Source: Candidatus Saccharimonadales bacterium (lineage in GTDB: Bacteria > Patescibacteriota > Saccharimonadia > Saccharimonadales > JAUPVS01). From it: DNA of 47,628 nucleotides. The stretch lies in NCBI GenBank assembly GCA_039920385.1, contig JBDSDR010000019.1:1-47628 (forward strand), written 5' to 3'. Within the stretch, counting starts at the first letter, position 1; each line of letters starts with the position of its first letter. Shown here one piece after another: positions 38,079-47,628 of the stretch. The position numbers and the translations under genes are program-made. Below the pieces are notes generated by a model. That model saw nothing but the letters and a program-made list of their open reading frames with translations, did not search any database and was not told where the DNA came from.

Positions 38079-39569
38079 CTAGTCTTTTAGGTATTTCTGA
38101 AGCAAGTTGGCTTTTTGCGAGCCAACAATGGCCTCCAGGTCATCATAGCTGGCTTGTTTAACACCCCGAACCGAGCCGAACGTCTTTAGGAGCTTTTTAC
38201 GGGTGGCCGGCCCAATCGTCGGGATATCATCTAGCAAGCTACTGGTTTGGCGATTAGCTTTAAGTACGCTGTGATAGCTGACAGCAAATCGGTGCGACTC
38301 GTCGCGAATACGTTGCAACAGTTTAATTAAATTGGTGTTGTGCGGCACATTTACCAAAATAAAATCTTCGCTAGGACTCATAAAACCACCGAGTTTCTGC
38401 AGGTAAGCTTCGTTAAGACTTACGTTAGAACGATCACGAGCAATCACAATTTGTTCTTCCCTTTTAGCCAGACCAATAAAAGGTGTCTTACAGCCCTGCT
38501 CGTCACGGGCTCGGATGGCAGCATCAAGCTGACCTTTACCACCATCAATCAAAACCAAACTCGGCAGCCCCCAAGCTTTACGGTTTTTTTCGCTGAAACG
38601 TCGAGTAATTGTTTCGTGCATATTATAAAAGTCGTTGTTATGGTCAATCTTGGTTTTAAACTTGCGGTACTCGCCTTTGTTGCTAACACCGTTAGTAAAA
38701 ACCACCATGCTAGCTACTACGTCGGTACCGGACATATGACTAATGTCATAACCTTCGATCCGCTTTGGGAATTTGTCGATACCCAAAAGCTCTACTAACT
38801 CGCCTAGGGCGTGGTCTTTGCTAATATCCATAAACTCTTTGTCGCTGAAAATAATTTGTTTATTAAGATTTTGTAACGAGTAGAGTTGGTTGCGAACTTT
38901 GGTGGCCCGTTCGTAGTTCTGGTCTTTGGCAGCCTGCTTCATGTCCTTTTCAAGGTCTCTAATAATCGCCGTCCGCTTGCCTTGAATATACGATATTAGC
39001 TTACGCAAATTGGACCTATAATCTTCCAGACTGGTGCGACCTTCTTCTAGCCCAGGGTCCAAGCCCAGATGATAATGTAAGGTGGCCCGCTTTTGGCCAG
39101 GCACTTTTTTGGTAGCATATGGGAAGACCCGCCTGAGTAGTTTTAGGGCTTGGCGCACTTGATAAGTGCTAAAATAAGGCCCAAAATACTTGGCGCCGTC
39201 ATCGAGTGGCCGCCGCGTCGTTCCGACTGTTGGGAAGTCACTATCGTAGTCAATTCGGATGTAGCTCATCGCTTTATCATCGCGCAACAGAATATTGTAC
39301 TGCGGCATATAACGGCGGATCATTTCGGCCTCTAAAAACAGGGCTTCGATTTCGCTTTCTACTACCATCCAGTCAGTGTCAGCAATATCCCGTACTAAAG
39401 CATCTGTTTTAGGCTCGCTCACCCGCGATTTTTGAAAGTATTGCTTAACTCGGTTACGCAAATTGGCGGCTTTGCCAACATAAATAATCGTGCCGGCTTT
39501 ATCTTTGTGAAAATAAACACCCGGTTCCTTAGGAAGATCCGCTAACTTTTTTTCAAGCTGCTGATTCAT
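38079..39569 (-). CDS. uvrC: Excinuclease ABC subunit C
   Basis: GIY-YIG (PGVY..IIYVGKA..LR.RV.QY), UVR coiled coil, YDISH, IDGGKGQL, RDESHRFA, HhH. Start set to ATG 39569. Confidence 0.95.
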   Translation of the reverse strand: MNQQLEKKLADLPKEPGVYFHKDKAGTIIYVGKAANLRNRVKQYFQKSRVSEPKTDALVRDIADTDWMVVESEIEALFLEAEMIRRYMPQYNILLRDDKAMSYIRIDYDSDFPTVGTTRRPLDDGAKYFGPYFSTYQVRQALKLLRRVFPYATKKVPGQKRATLHYHLGLDPGLEEGRTSLEDYRSNLRKLISYIQGKRTAIIRDLEKDMKQAAKDQNYERATKVRNQLYSLQNLNKQIIFSDKEFMDISKDHALGELVELLGIDKFPKRIEGYDISHMSGTDVVASMVVFTNGVSNKGEYRKFKTKIDHNNDFYNMHETITRRFSEKNRKAWGLPSLVLIDGGKGQLDAAIRARDEQGCKTPFIGLAKREEQIVIARDRSNVSLNEAYLQKLGGFMSPSEDFILVNVPHNTNLIKLLQRIRDESHRFAVSYHSVLKANRQTSSLLDDIPTIGPATRKKLLKTFGSVRGVKQASYDDLEAIVGSQKANLLQKYLKD

Positions 39570-40443
39570 GTACAACCTGCTGACATGCTTTGTTCTCACA
39601 GCGGCTCTGGCCAGTATCGCATTCTGCACAAACCAAGACTAAGCGGTTGCAGGCAATATTGGCACAGTTAATGTAATTACTGGTTTTGGCTTGGCAATGG
39701 ACACATTCGCCAATGTCTTTGGCTTTATCGGAGAATTTGTGTTGCATGCGGTCATCAAAAATATGTAAAGTGCCTTCCCACAAGCCATCATCTTTGTACT
39801 TTTCGCCATACTTAACGACACCACCATCCATCTGGTAGACCTCTTTAAAACCTTCTTGTTTCATGATGACACTTAATATTTCGCAACGCACCCCACCAGT
39901 GCAATAAGTAACAACTGGCTTATCTTTTAAGTTGTCGTACTTAGAACTGCGGATTTCCTTGACGAAGTCATGGGTAGTTTTAGTGTCTGGCACAACTGCT
40001 CCCTTAAAGCGACCAACGGCGGCTTCGTAGGCATTGCGACCATCAAAGAAAACCACATCATCGCGCTCTTCAACAAGCTTATGGACCTGCTCGGGCTTGA
40101 GGTGCTTACCGCCACCGACTACACCCTTTTCGGTGACTTTGATTTCGGGGACCTGAAAGGCTACCAACTCGGGACGAACTTTAATACTTAGGCGCGGGAA
40201 CTCTTCGCCGGTGCCGTCACTCCATTTATAAGTAATGCCTTTAAAGGTAACTGATTTGTTCATCTCACGCTTGTAAGCTCGTAAGTTTTCGATGTCGCCA
40301 CCAAGTGTACCGTTGATGCCGTGCGGGCTGACAATAATCCGCCCCTTTAGACTTAGCCGGCTACAAAGTTCTTTTTGCCAACGAACCGTCATGGCTGGGT
40401 CGGCCACGGGCACAAATTTATAGTAGAGAATCACCTTATTCAT
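39553..40443 (-). CDS. trhO: O2-dependent tRNA U34 hydroxylase (UPF0176 rhodanese family)
   Basis: LYYKF, GRII...GINGT, D.RN.YE..VG.F, YCTGGVRCE, GG..KY, FD.R. Confidence 0.9.
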   Translation of the reverse strand: MNKVILYYKFVPVADPAMTVRWQKELCSRLSLKGRIIVSPHGINGTLGGDIENLRAYKREMNKSVTFKGITYKWSDGTGEEFPRLSIKVRPELVAFQVPEIKVTEKGVVGGGKHLKPEQVHKLVEERDDVVFFDGRNAYEAAVGRFKGAVVPDTKTTHDFVKEIRSSKYDNLKDKPVVTYCTGGVRCEILSVIMKQEGFKEVYQMDGGVVKYGEKYKDDGLWEGTLHIFDDRMQHKFSDKAKDIGECVHCQAKTSNYINCANIACNRLVLVCAECDTGQSRCENKACQQVVHESAA

Positions 40444-40474
40444 AAGGAATTATTATAACATTTTACGGACTTTT

Positions 40475-40503
40475 TTGGTAATGCTTGACGCTTGTAGTAT
40501 AAT
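40475..40503 (+). promoter_or_regulatory. Promoter for the leader ORF / ABC exporter
   Basis: TTGGTA-17 nt-TATAAT. Confidence 0.5.
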
Positions 40504-40541
40504 TGTGAAATCTTCAATAAATTAACGGAAAGGACGAGGCA

Positions 40542-40595
40542 ATGAACAAATCAATTACAAAAAGCACTACACTGCCCGTCCCTACGGCGTGCTAA
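40542..40595 (+). CDS. Putative leader peptide MNKSITKSTTLPVPTAC
   Basis: Manual translation. Purine-rich GAAAGGACGAGG upstream; sits in the 5' leader of the ABC exporter. Confidence 0.5.
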   Translation: MNKSITKSTTLPVPTAC

Positions 40596-40642
40596 ACGCT
40601 TCCGTAACTCTTCATAAAACTAATACTAATTTACTAAATAAC

Positions 40643-40663
40643 CACATCGCAGGAGGCGATGTG
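40643..40663 (+). promoter_or_regulatory. Perfect 8-bp hairpin enclosing the SD of the ABC exporter
   Basis: CACATCGC-AGGAG-GCGATGTG, ending 2 nt before ATG 40666. Confidence 0.65.
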
Positions 40664-40665
40664 TC

Positions 40666-42444
40666 ATGAAAACCCCAACTACTACCCGACAAACTATCCA
40701 AATATACTGGCAACAAATCCGTAAGTACCCTATCTACTTTATTGGGCTAATTTTTTCTGTCCCTCTCACAACGTTGGTGAATCAATACTTACCTCCTCTT
40801 ATATTGGCTAACGTCCTTGATAAATTGGCCAAAGGTCAGTTTATAAAAGATCAGGTTTGGGCTAGCTTCGGAACTGCTCTTATTCTTTATACACTGCTGC
40901 TTTTTATAGGACCTTTCTTCTGGCGTCTGGTTGATGCTTTTAACTGGCGCCTAGAGGCAAATGTTCAAAAAGATTTAGCTGAACGAATCTACAAGCACCT
41001 CGTTGAACAGAGTGCCAACTTTCACGCCAACAGTTTTGGAGGCTCATTAGTTTCGCAAACCAACAAGATTCTTGGAGCCTACGTGCGAATTGTCGATACA
41101 ACCACTTATAACGTTATGCCACTTATGTGGGGGGTGATCTTTGCGTCGATCATTCTTATTCCACGTGCACCGCTATTCGTAGCAGGGTTCCTGCTAGTGA
41201 CTTTTATGTATGTATTGGTGGCCCTGAAGGCTAGTAAACCAACGCGCGAATTAAGCTCTAAGCACGCTGCTACCGAAAGTAAACAGACGGGCTATTTAGC
41301 AGATAGCGTAACCAATGTCATGGCTATTAAGAGCTTTGCTGGTAGCAAGCATGAATACCAGCAATTCAGCAAACATACCGCAGAAACAAAATCCGCCCTA
41401 TTTAAACTTATGCGAGCCATGCAACTCTTAATGATGTACTTCGCGGGTTTGAGTCGTTTAATGCAGGCTGTGGCATTGGTTGCAGCTGTTATTAGTGTGG
41501 TTACATTTGACGCTAATATCGGTACCGTCTTCTTGGTGCTGAGCTTTGCCAGTTCTATCTCTGAGCAGCTATTTGCGTTCAGTAATAATGCCTTGCGTAA
41601 CTATAACCGAGCCTTTGGCGATGCTGCTGAAATGACTCAAATACTCCAGCTCGAACCAGAAATTAAAGATGCCCTTAAGCCCGAAAAGTCCCAGATCAGA
41701 GATGGTAGCATTTCGTTTAATGACGTCGTGTTTACGCATGATGGTAACAATGATGCGCTTTTTGACAACTTAAGTTTCGATATTAAACCAGGTGAAAAGA
41801 TTGGTTTAGTCGGCCACTCTGGTTCAGGCAAAACAACCTTTACCCGATTACTCCTTCGTTTTAGCGAAATTGACGGTGGCGAAATTTGCATCGATGGACA
41901 AAACATCAGCCACATAACACAGGATGATTTACATAGCGCGATTGCCTATGTACCGCAAGAACCAGTCATGTTCCACCGAAGTCTTTACGAAAATATTCGT
42001 TACGGTAACTTTAAAGCTGATGAGGCAGCCATTGTACGAGCCGCCAAGGTTGCGCACGCCGATGCCTTTATTCGAGATTTACCAGAGGGTTACAAAACCT
42101 TGGTTGGTGAACGCGGCGTCAAGCTATCTGGCGGTCAACGTCAGCGAATTGCTATTGCTCGAGCGATGCTTAAGAACGCCCCTATCCTAGTTCTCGACGA
42201 AGCTACTAGCGCCCTCGACTCCGAAAGCGAAGTCTTGATTCAGGACGCCCTTTGGAAGCTCATGGAAGGTCGTACCGCCATCGTCATCGCCCACCGCTTA
42301 AGCACGATCCAAAAAATGGACCGCATTATAGTTCTCAGTAATGGAGAGATCTCGGAGCAAGGTACCCATAAAGAGCTCGTCAAAAACAACGGGACCTATG
42401 CCAGCCTATGGGCTCACCAAAGCGGTGGGTTCTTAGAGGACTAA
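40666..42444 (+). CDS. Fused TMD-NBD ABC exporter (MsbA/MdlB-like)
   Basis: About 6 TM helices, GHSGSGKTT, LSGGQRQR, LVLDEATSALD, AHRLST. Confidence 0.93.
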   Translation: MKTPTTTRQTIQIYWQQIRKYPIYFIGLIFSVPLTTLVNQYLPPLILANVLDKLAKGQFIKDQVWASFGTALILYTLLLFIGPFFWRLVDAFNWRLEANVQKDLAERIYKHLVEQSANFHANSFGGSLVSQTNKILGAYVRIVDTTTYNVMPLMWGVIFASIILIPRAPLFVAGFLLVTFMYVLVALKASKPTRELSSKHAATESKQTGYLADSVTNVMAIKSFAGSKHEYQQFSKHTAETKSALFKLMRAMQLLMMYFAGLSRLMQAVALVAAVISVVTFDANIGTVFLVLSFASSISEQLFAFSNNALRNYNRAFGDAAEMTQILQLEPEIKDALKPEKSQIRDGSISFNDVVFTHDGNNDALFDNLSFDIKPGEKIGLVGHSGSGKTTFTRLLLRFSEIDGGEICIDGQNISHITQDDLHSAIAYVPQEPVMFHRSLYENIRYGNFKADEAAIVRAAKVAHADAFIRDLPEGYKTLVGERGVKLSGGQRQRIAIARAMLKNAPILVLDEATSALDSESEVLIQDALWKLMEGRTAIVIAHRLSTIQKMDRIIVLSNGEISEQGTHKELVKNNGTYASLWAHQSGGFLED

Positions 42445-42445
42445 A

Positions 42446-43123
42446 CTACTCTTCTTCTTTGGTTTCCGTGGCGTCAGCTGGTGTAGCTTCGTCGGTTGGG
42501 CCAGCGGCTTCGGCAGCTTCGGCGGCAGCCGCTTCGTCTTCTTCGGCTTGTTCGGCGGCTAGTGAACGAGGCTCATCAATGATTGCTACTGCGTGGTCGG
42601 CGTCGGTCAAAATGGTGACGCCCTTAGGAATAACGATGTCGGAAACTTGTAGTTTATCACCGACTTCGGTTAGGCCAGACACGTCAACTGTGACTTCGTC
42701 TGGAAGGTCTCGTGGTAGAGCTTTGACTTCGACGTTATCAATCTGGCGCAGCAACATAAGGCCGACTTTTTCGGCTTCTGGAGTACCTTCAAATACGACC
42801 GGAACTTCAGTTTCAACCGGCTTATTTTGCTCAATGGCGTTAAAGACAACGTGACGAAGTTCATTCTTGCGCGGTTCAAAATCGGCATCACGAATAATAG
42901 CTAGGTACTTTTTGCCGTCGACGGTTAAGTTAACCGGGTGGTGCTTACCAGCTTGCTTGTAAACTTTAAGGAGGTCGATATATGACGCCATGACATGAAT
43001 AGAGGCTTTGCCGTGATCATGAATAACAGCAGGCGTAAGGCCGTCTCGGCGGATTTGTTTTACGGCTTTACCAAGCGCTTCGCGGTTTTGTAGGGTAATC
43101 GAAATATCTTCTTGAACAGACAC
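42446..43123 (-). CDS. rplY: 50S ribosomal protein L25 (TL5/CTC long form)
   Basis: RE..GK...IRRDG..PAV, VP....G, LP..LP..V.VDVS.L..GD; GTG start with AGGAGG SD; acidic tail. Confidence 0.93.
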   Translation of the reverse strand: MSVQEDISITLQNREALGKAVKQIRRDGLTPAVIHDHGKASIHVMASYIDLLKVYKQAGKHHPVNLTVDGKKYLAIIRDADFEPRKNELRHVVFNAIEQNKPVETEVPVVFEGTPEAEKVGLMLLRQIDNVEVKALPRDLPDEVTVDVSGLTEVGDKLQVSDIVIPKGVTILTDADHAVAIIDEPRSLAAEQAEEDEAAAAEAAEAAGPTDEATPADATETKEEE

Positions 43124-43222
43124 TGAGCCTCCTTTGGTTGATAGAAGTTATTATAACAGAAAAAGCCCTCCGTAGACAGTTTTACTGGACTGAAAGCCCC
43201 ATAATTAGTAAGCTAGAGTCTC

Positions 43223-43873
43223 ATGGCACTCAATATTGATAAGGTAATTCTCGGCGCAGGCTTGATAGCTATTGGCGGTACCGTCTTTGCAGAATCGGGT
43301 TTATTGATTGGTTTTTTCTTACCTGGTGACACATTGCTGTTTGGGGCGGGTATTTTGGCCTCACAAGGCACCATTAACTTGTGGCATCTGTTAATCGTAG
43401 TAATTGCTGCAGCAATTTTGGGAGATAATGTTGGTTACAGCATTGGTGAGCGTACCGGCAAACGCCTGTTTAACAAGAAGGATAGCCTGCTTTTCCGCCA
43501 CGAACACATCGAAAAAGCCGAAAAGTTTTACGAAAAACACGGCGGTAAAACCATTATTATGGCCCGTTTTATCCCAATTATTCGCACATTTGCGCCAATG
43601 GTGGCCGGCATGGGCAAAATGTCCCGCAAACGGTTTATGTTCTTTAACGTTATTGGCGCTACTTTATGGGCCGGTGGGGTGATTATGCTTGGTTATTGGC
43701 TTGGCACTAAAGTACCTTGGGTAGAACATTTTATAACGCCAATTATCCTCGGTGTCGTCTTCTTAAGTATTGCCGGCTCAATGATACATATTTTTAGAGA
43801 GCCTGAATCGCGGGCAATATTAGCCAAGCGGGTTAAGCATTTACTGGAACGTATAAAGCTTAAAAAGAGCTAA
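43223..43873 (+). CDS. DedA/VTT family membrane protein
   Basis: FAESGLL.GFFLPGD.LLF, GDN.GY, ARF.PI.RTFAP. Confidence 0.93.
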   Translation: MALNIDKVILGAGLIAIGGTVFAESGLLIGFFLPGDTLLFGAGILASQGTINLWHLLIVVIAAAILGDNVGYSIGERTGKRLFNKKDSLLFRHEHIEKAEKFYEKHGGKTIIMARFIPIIRTFAPMVAGMGKMSRKRFMFFNVIGATLWAGGVIMLGYWLGTKVPWVEHFITPIILGVVFLSIAGSMIHIFREPESRAILAKRVKHLLERIKLKKS

Positions 43874-46680
43874 AGAATCTTTTTTAAGAATTGACCGGTG
43901 TACGACTTGGCGACTTTGGCGACTTGTTCGGGGGTACCTTCGGCGACAATTTGACCACCACCATTACCGCCTTCTGGCCCCATATCGATAATGTGATCGG
44001 CCGCCTTAATAACGTCAAGGTTATGCTCAATAATAATCATACTGTTACCGGCATCAACTAAAGCATGTAAAACGTGCAGTAGTTTATTTATGTCGGCCAT
44101 GTGCAAACCGGTGGTTGGCTCGTCAAGGATATAAAGTGTACGGCCGGTTGGTCGGCGCGATAGTTCGGTAGCCAACTTAATTCGTTGGGCTTCGCCACCA
44201 CTTAAAGTCGTAGCCGATTGGCCTAAAGCAATGTAGCCCAAGCCGACATCAACCAAAGTTTGTAGCTTACGAGCAATTGACGGAATGTTTTCGAAGAATG
44301 CCAAGGCAGCTTCGCAGGTCATTTCGAGCACATCACTAATGGTTTTACCTTTGTAATGAATCTCAAGAGCCTCGCGGTTATAGCGCTTACCATGGCAAAC
44401 TTCGCACGGCACGTAAACATCCGGCAAAAAGTGCATCTCAATTTTAATGATGCCGTCGCCGGCACAGTTTTCGCAGCGACCACCCTTCACATTAAAACTA
44501 AACCGACCGGGCTGATAGCCGCGCAATTTGGCTTCGGGGGTTGAGGCAAATAATTCACGAATTGGTGTGAACAAACCGGTGTAAGTAGCTGGGTTAGACC
44601 GTGGTGTTCGACCAATTGGCGACTGATCAATCACAATCGCCTTGTCGAGTTCCTTGATACCTATAATTTCATCATGGCGGCCGGGCACTGTATTGGCGCG
44701 GTGCAAACGGGCCTGTAATTCTTTGGCGACAATGTCATTAATTAGACTGGACTTACCCGATCCGGACACGCCAGTTACCAAAACCATCTCACCTAACGGA
44801 ATCGTCACGTCAACATTTTGTAAGTTATTTTCGCGGGCACCTTTAATAACCAAAGCCTTGCCATTGCCTTTACGACGTTTTTTAGGAATCGGGATAGATT
44901 TTTCACCTCGTAAGTACTGTCCTGTCACACTCTTCGGATTTTTAGCGACTTCTTCCGGTGTACCCGATGCCACCACATGGCCACCATGGATACCAGCGCC
45001 CGGCCCAATATCTAATAAATAGTCTGCTGTTCGGATAGTATCTTCATCGTGTTCAACTACAATTACCGTATTTCCTAGGTCCCGCAAATGCTTGAGAGTT
45101 TTGATCAGTCGTTCATTGTCGCGTTGGTGTAAACCAATTGACGGTTCATCAAGCACGTATAATACGCCCTGCAAGCCTGATCCAATTTGGGTGGCCAAAC
45201 GAATTCGCTGGGCTTCGCCACCACTTAATGTCACGGCACTGCGCAGCAATGTTAAGTAATTAAGGCCAACGTCTTGCAAAAACTGCAAGCGCGAACAAAC
45301 CTCTTTAAAAACCTGAACAGCAATATGGGCGTCTTTTTTGTTAAGTTTAAGGTGATTGAAGAAGTCGATAGCGTCATCGATCGATAGTTCACAAATATCC
45401 ATAATCGATTGGCCACCAACCGTAATAGCTAGAACTTCGGGTTTCAGACGTCGACCATTACAGGCATGGCATGGTCGCTCCTGCATAAACCGTTCAATAT
45501 CACGACGCATAAAGTCACTGTCGGTTTCTTTGTGGCGACGCTCTAGGTTAGGAATCACACCTTCGTAAGTGGTATCGAATGAACGACCCATCCCCAACGA
45601 TATCTTATAAGTCTCTTTATCGGTGCCATATAAAATCTTTTGGAGTTGATCTTTAGTCAAATCAGCCGTTGGTACATGGACACTAAATTTGTAGCGCTCG
45701 GCTAAAGCTTGAAGTTTTTTCATGTACCAGTTGTCGGTATTAATACGGTTATACGGCCGTACGGCGCCTTCTGCCAGCGTTAATCGTCCATTAGGGATAA
45801 CTAGCTCGGGGTCAACTTCTAGGCGCGAACCAAGACCGGTACAAACCGGGCAAGCACCTTGCGGGCTATTAAAACTAAAGGTCCGCGGCTCCAGTTCGGG
45901 AATGGCCACATCCGGGTGATCCAAACAACCGTACTTCAGGCTATAGAATTTTTCTTCCTTAGTGTCAGCATTTAAAACACTAACATGGCCATCGGCGACT
46001 TCCAGGGCTTGTTCGACCGACTGGACCAAACGGCCACGACTTTCGTCATTATTAACTAAGCGGTCAACCACGATTTCAATGGTATGTTTATAGTTTTTAT
46101 CGAGCGATGGGAACTCGTCAAGTGAGTAGACAACGCCGTCTACCCGGGCACGAGCAAAACCGGCCCGAGCGTACTGTTCTGGGATATGTTCGTAAGCCCC
46201 TTTTTTGGCATTAATAATTGGTGCCAATATCATAAGCTTGGCATCAGCCGGCAAACCGGTAATTTGGTCGACAATGGCTGAACTAGTGGTTCGAGCAACT
46301 TCTTTACCGCAGACCGGGCAATGCGGCACACCAATCCGAGCATACAACAAGCGTAAATAGTCGTAAATTTCGGTCACCGTCGCCACGGTCGAACGAGGGT
46401 TGCGACTAGTTGATTTTTGGTCGATAGAAATTGCTGGGCTTAAACCATCAATCTGGTCAACATCTGGCTTTTCCATTAAACCTAAGAATTGCCGGGCATA
46501 AGAACTCAGGCTTTCAACATAACGACGTTGACCTTCGGCATAGATGGTATCAAACGCTAAAGAGGATTTGCCCGAACCGGATAGGCCAGTAATCACGACT
46601 AGTTTAGAGCGCGGAATAGTAACATCAATATTCTTGAGGTTATGCTCTCGGGCTCCTTTAACTACAATCGCGTCGCTCAT
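43870..46680 (-). CDS. uvrA: Excinuclease ABC subunit A
   Basis: [24 protein letters not shown], two LSGGEAQR signatures, Zn fingers, GVSGSGKSS. Confidence 0.98.
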   Translation of the reverse strand: MSDAIVVKGAREHNLKNIDVTIPRSKLVVITGLSGSGKSSLAFDTIYAEGQRRYVESLSSYARQFLGLMEKPDVDQIDGLSPAISIDQKSTSRNPRSTVATVTEIYDYLRLLYARIGVPHCPVCGKEVARTTSSAIVDQITGLPADAKLMILAPIINAKKGAYEHIPEQYARAGFARARVDGVVYSLDEFPSLDKNYKHTIEIVVDRLVNNDESRGRLVQSVEQALEVADGHVSVLNADTKEEKFYSLKYGCLDHPDVAIPELEPRTFSFNSPQGACPVCTGLGSRLEVDPELVIPNGRLTLAEGAVRPYNRINTDNWYMKKLQALAERYKFSVHVPTADLTKDQLQKILYGTDKETYKISLGMGRSFDTTYEGVIPNLERRHKETDSDFMRRDIERFMQERPCHACNGRRLKPEVLAITVGGQSIMDICELSIDDAIDFFNHLKLNKKDAHIAVQVFKEVCSRLQFLQDVGLNYLTLLRSAVTLSGGEAQRIRLATQIGSGLQGVLYVLDEPSIGLHQRDNERLIKTLKHLRDLGNTVIVVEHDEDTIRTADYLLDIGPGAGIHGGHVVASGTPEEVAKNPKSVTGQYLRGEKSIPIPKKRRKGNGKALVIKGARENNLQNVDVTIPLGEMVLVTGVSGSGKSSLINDIVAKELQARLHRANTVPGRHDEIIGIKELDKAIVIDQSPIGRTPRSNPATYTGLFTPIRELFASTPEAKLRGYQPGRFSFNVKGGRCENCAGDGIIKIEMHFLPDVYVPCEVCHGKRYNREALEIHYKGKTISDVLEMTCEAALAFFENIPSIARKLQTLVDVGLGYIALGQSATTLSGGEAQRIKLATELSRRPTGRTLYILDEPTTGLHMADINKLLHVLHALVDAGNSMIIIEHNLDVIKAADHIIDMGPEGGNGGGQIVAEGTPEQVAKVAKSYTGQFLKKIL

Positions 46681-46727
46681 AAGTCGACTAATTATACAGA
46701 TTTTTAAGAGGTTTTACTAGAGTGTTT

Positions 46728-47519
46728 CTAGTTAACAACAGTTGGCTGACGGGGGATCTCACCCATCACACCCCTAATTGGCAGCTGGTCATCGAGTACC
46801 TTCATAAATCGTTCAAGCTCCTCGGGTAGACTGTCTTTTGGTAATCGCAAAAAGGGCACGTTTAGAGGCTTTGCGCCATCGTTAGGGTAGACCGCCTTTC
46901 GGGATATTCGGCCCAATCCCCTGTAGCATTCGTACATATGGGCGACGTTCATATGAGTAACCATATCGGCCGGCGAAGGAACCAGCGCCAACTCCATACC
47001 TTTGTTTGCAAAATCTGGATCGGGATTAATGGTGTAACCTGTGAATTTAATCGGCACCTCGTCTTGCCGGGGGACGTCATACTGATAGCCAATTCGAGCT
47101 AAGATATCCTGTAATGCGGTAGTCCTGTCCTTGCTCTTCGAGCCATCTTCATCCACCCGAGTCAACTTGCGACCGGCCGTACGAAGTTGGCTGGTACCGT
47201 TAAGGTCAAGTGGCAATCGACGGTGTAATAGAGTCAAACGTAAATCATCTTCGTTATAAACCTGCAATCGCGGCGTACCAATTCCTTCAATCTTGAGAAT
47301 TTCCGGGTACTCACCAGTTTCATCATTTGGGGTATCGAATCCGTTAATTTGGGCATCTGTGTCTGTCTCACCTAGACCTGTGTAAACCGAGCTTTCGTCG
47401 GTTCCAAAAATTATATTACCGGTGTGGCGGGCCACATTTAAAAGCTTAACAACGCCCGGCCCAGTAACGGGTCGACTTATGTCGATGGAACTAAAGTTAT
47501 CTGCTTCTCTTAGTGGCAT
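46728..47519 (-). CDS. Hypothetical protein (possibly degenerate 2H-phosphoesterase fold)
   Basis: 263-aa ORF with a GGAG SD; family call tentative. Confidence 0.65.
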   Translation of the reverse strand: MPLREADNFSSIDISRPVTGPGVVKLLNVARHTGNIIFGTDESSVYTGLGETDTDAQINGFDTPNDETGEYPEILKIEGIGTPRLQVYNEDDLRLTLLHRRLPLDLNGTSQLRTAGRKLTRVDEDGSKSKDRTTALQDILARIGYQYDVPRQDEVPIKFTGYTINPDPDFANKGMELALVPSPADMVTHMNVAHMYECYRGLGRISRKAVYPNDGAKPLNVPFLRLPKDSLPEELERFMKVLDDQLPIRGVMGEIPRQPTVVN

Positions 47520-47537
47520 ATGTCACTCCATCCTCTA

Positions 47538-47627
47538 CTATTGCAAGCTTGGTTCGTTAGAGTTGACCCACATACGTGGGGCATCGAGCGCAATCATATT
47601 GGGTGGGGCTATCGCACTTAAGGCCGC
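47538..47627 (-). CDS. 3' end of a CDS that starts beyond the window
   Basis: Open frame ...AALSAIAPPNMIALDAPRMWVNSNEPSLQ* ending at 47538, just upstream of the next gene's SD. Confidence 0.4.
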   Translation of the reverse strand, partial: AALSAIAPPNMIALDAPRMWVNSNEPSLQ

Positions 47628-47628
47628 A

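Overview
A gene-dense bacterial chromosome segment with moderate GC (roughly mid-40s % by eye) and the standard code 11 (TGA is used as a stop). Gene content points to Candidatus Saccharibacteria (TM7/Patescibacteria), by inference: rpsP-khpA-trmD without rimM, rpmF-nusB-NUDIX-rnc, secG beside an orphan peptide-binding protein, and many ORFans. It carries about 47 CDSs (leuS, ddl, murF, ligA, htpX/lemA, uvrA/uvrC, trhO, rplY, a csoR-DUF305-copB copper cassette, sodN-sodX) and nine tRNA genes. The most unusual items are as follows. (1) An apparently intact, stand-alone PafA-type Pup-protein ligase lies between two tRNAs, with no pup, dop, mpa or proteasome genes in the window. (2) The LeuRS has a complete Nudix hydrolase domain inserted at the end of its editing domain. 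(3) A ~63% GC recombinase-like ORF tail runs into tRNA-Gln at the left edge (island attachment site or chimeric join). (4) A 17-codon leader ORF and an SD-sequestering hairpin precede an ABC exporter. (5) Two tRNAs have a compensatory A19-U56 elbow pair. (6) UvrC has lost its Fe-S cysteines. (7) Leaderless-type promoters are widespread. No CRISPR array, rRNA or IS transposase was seen. All family calls come from motif recognition by eye, with no database search.
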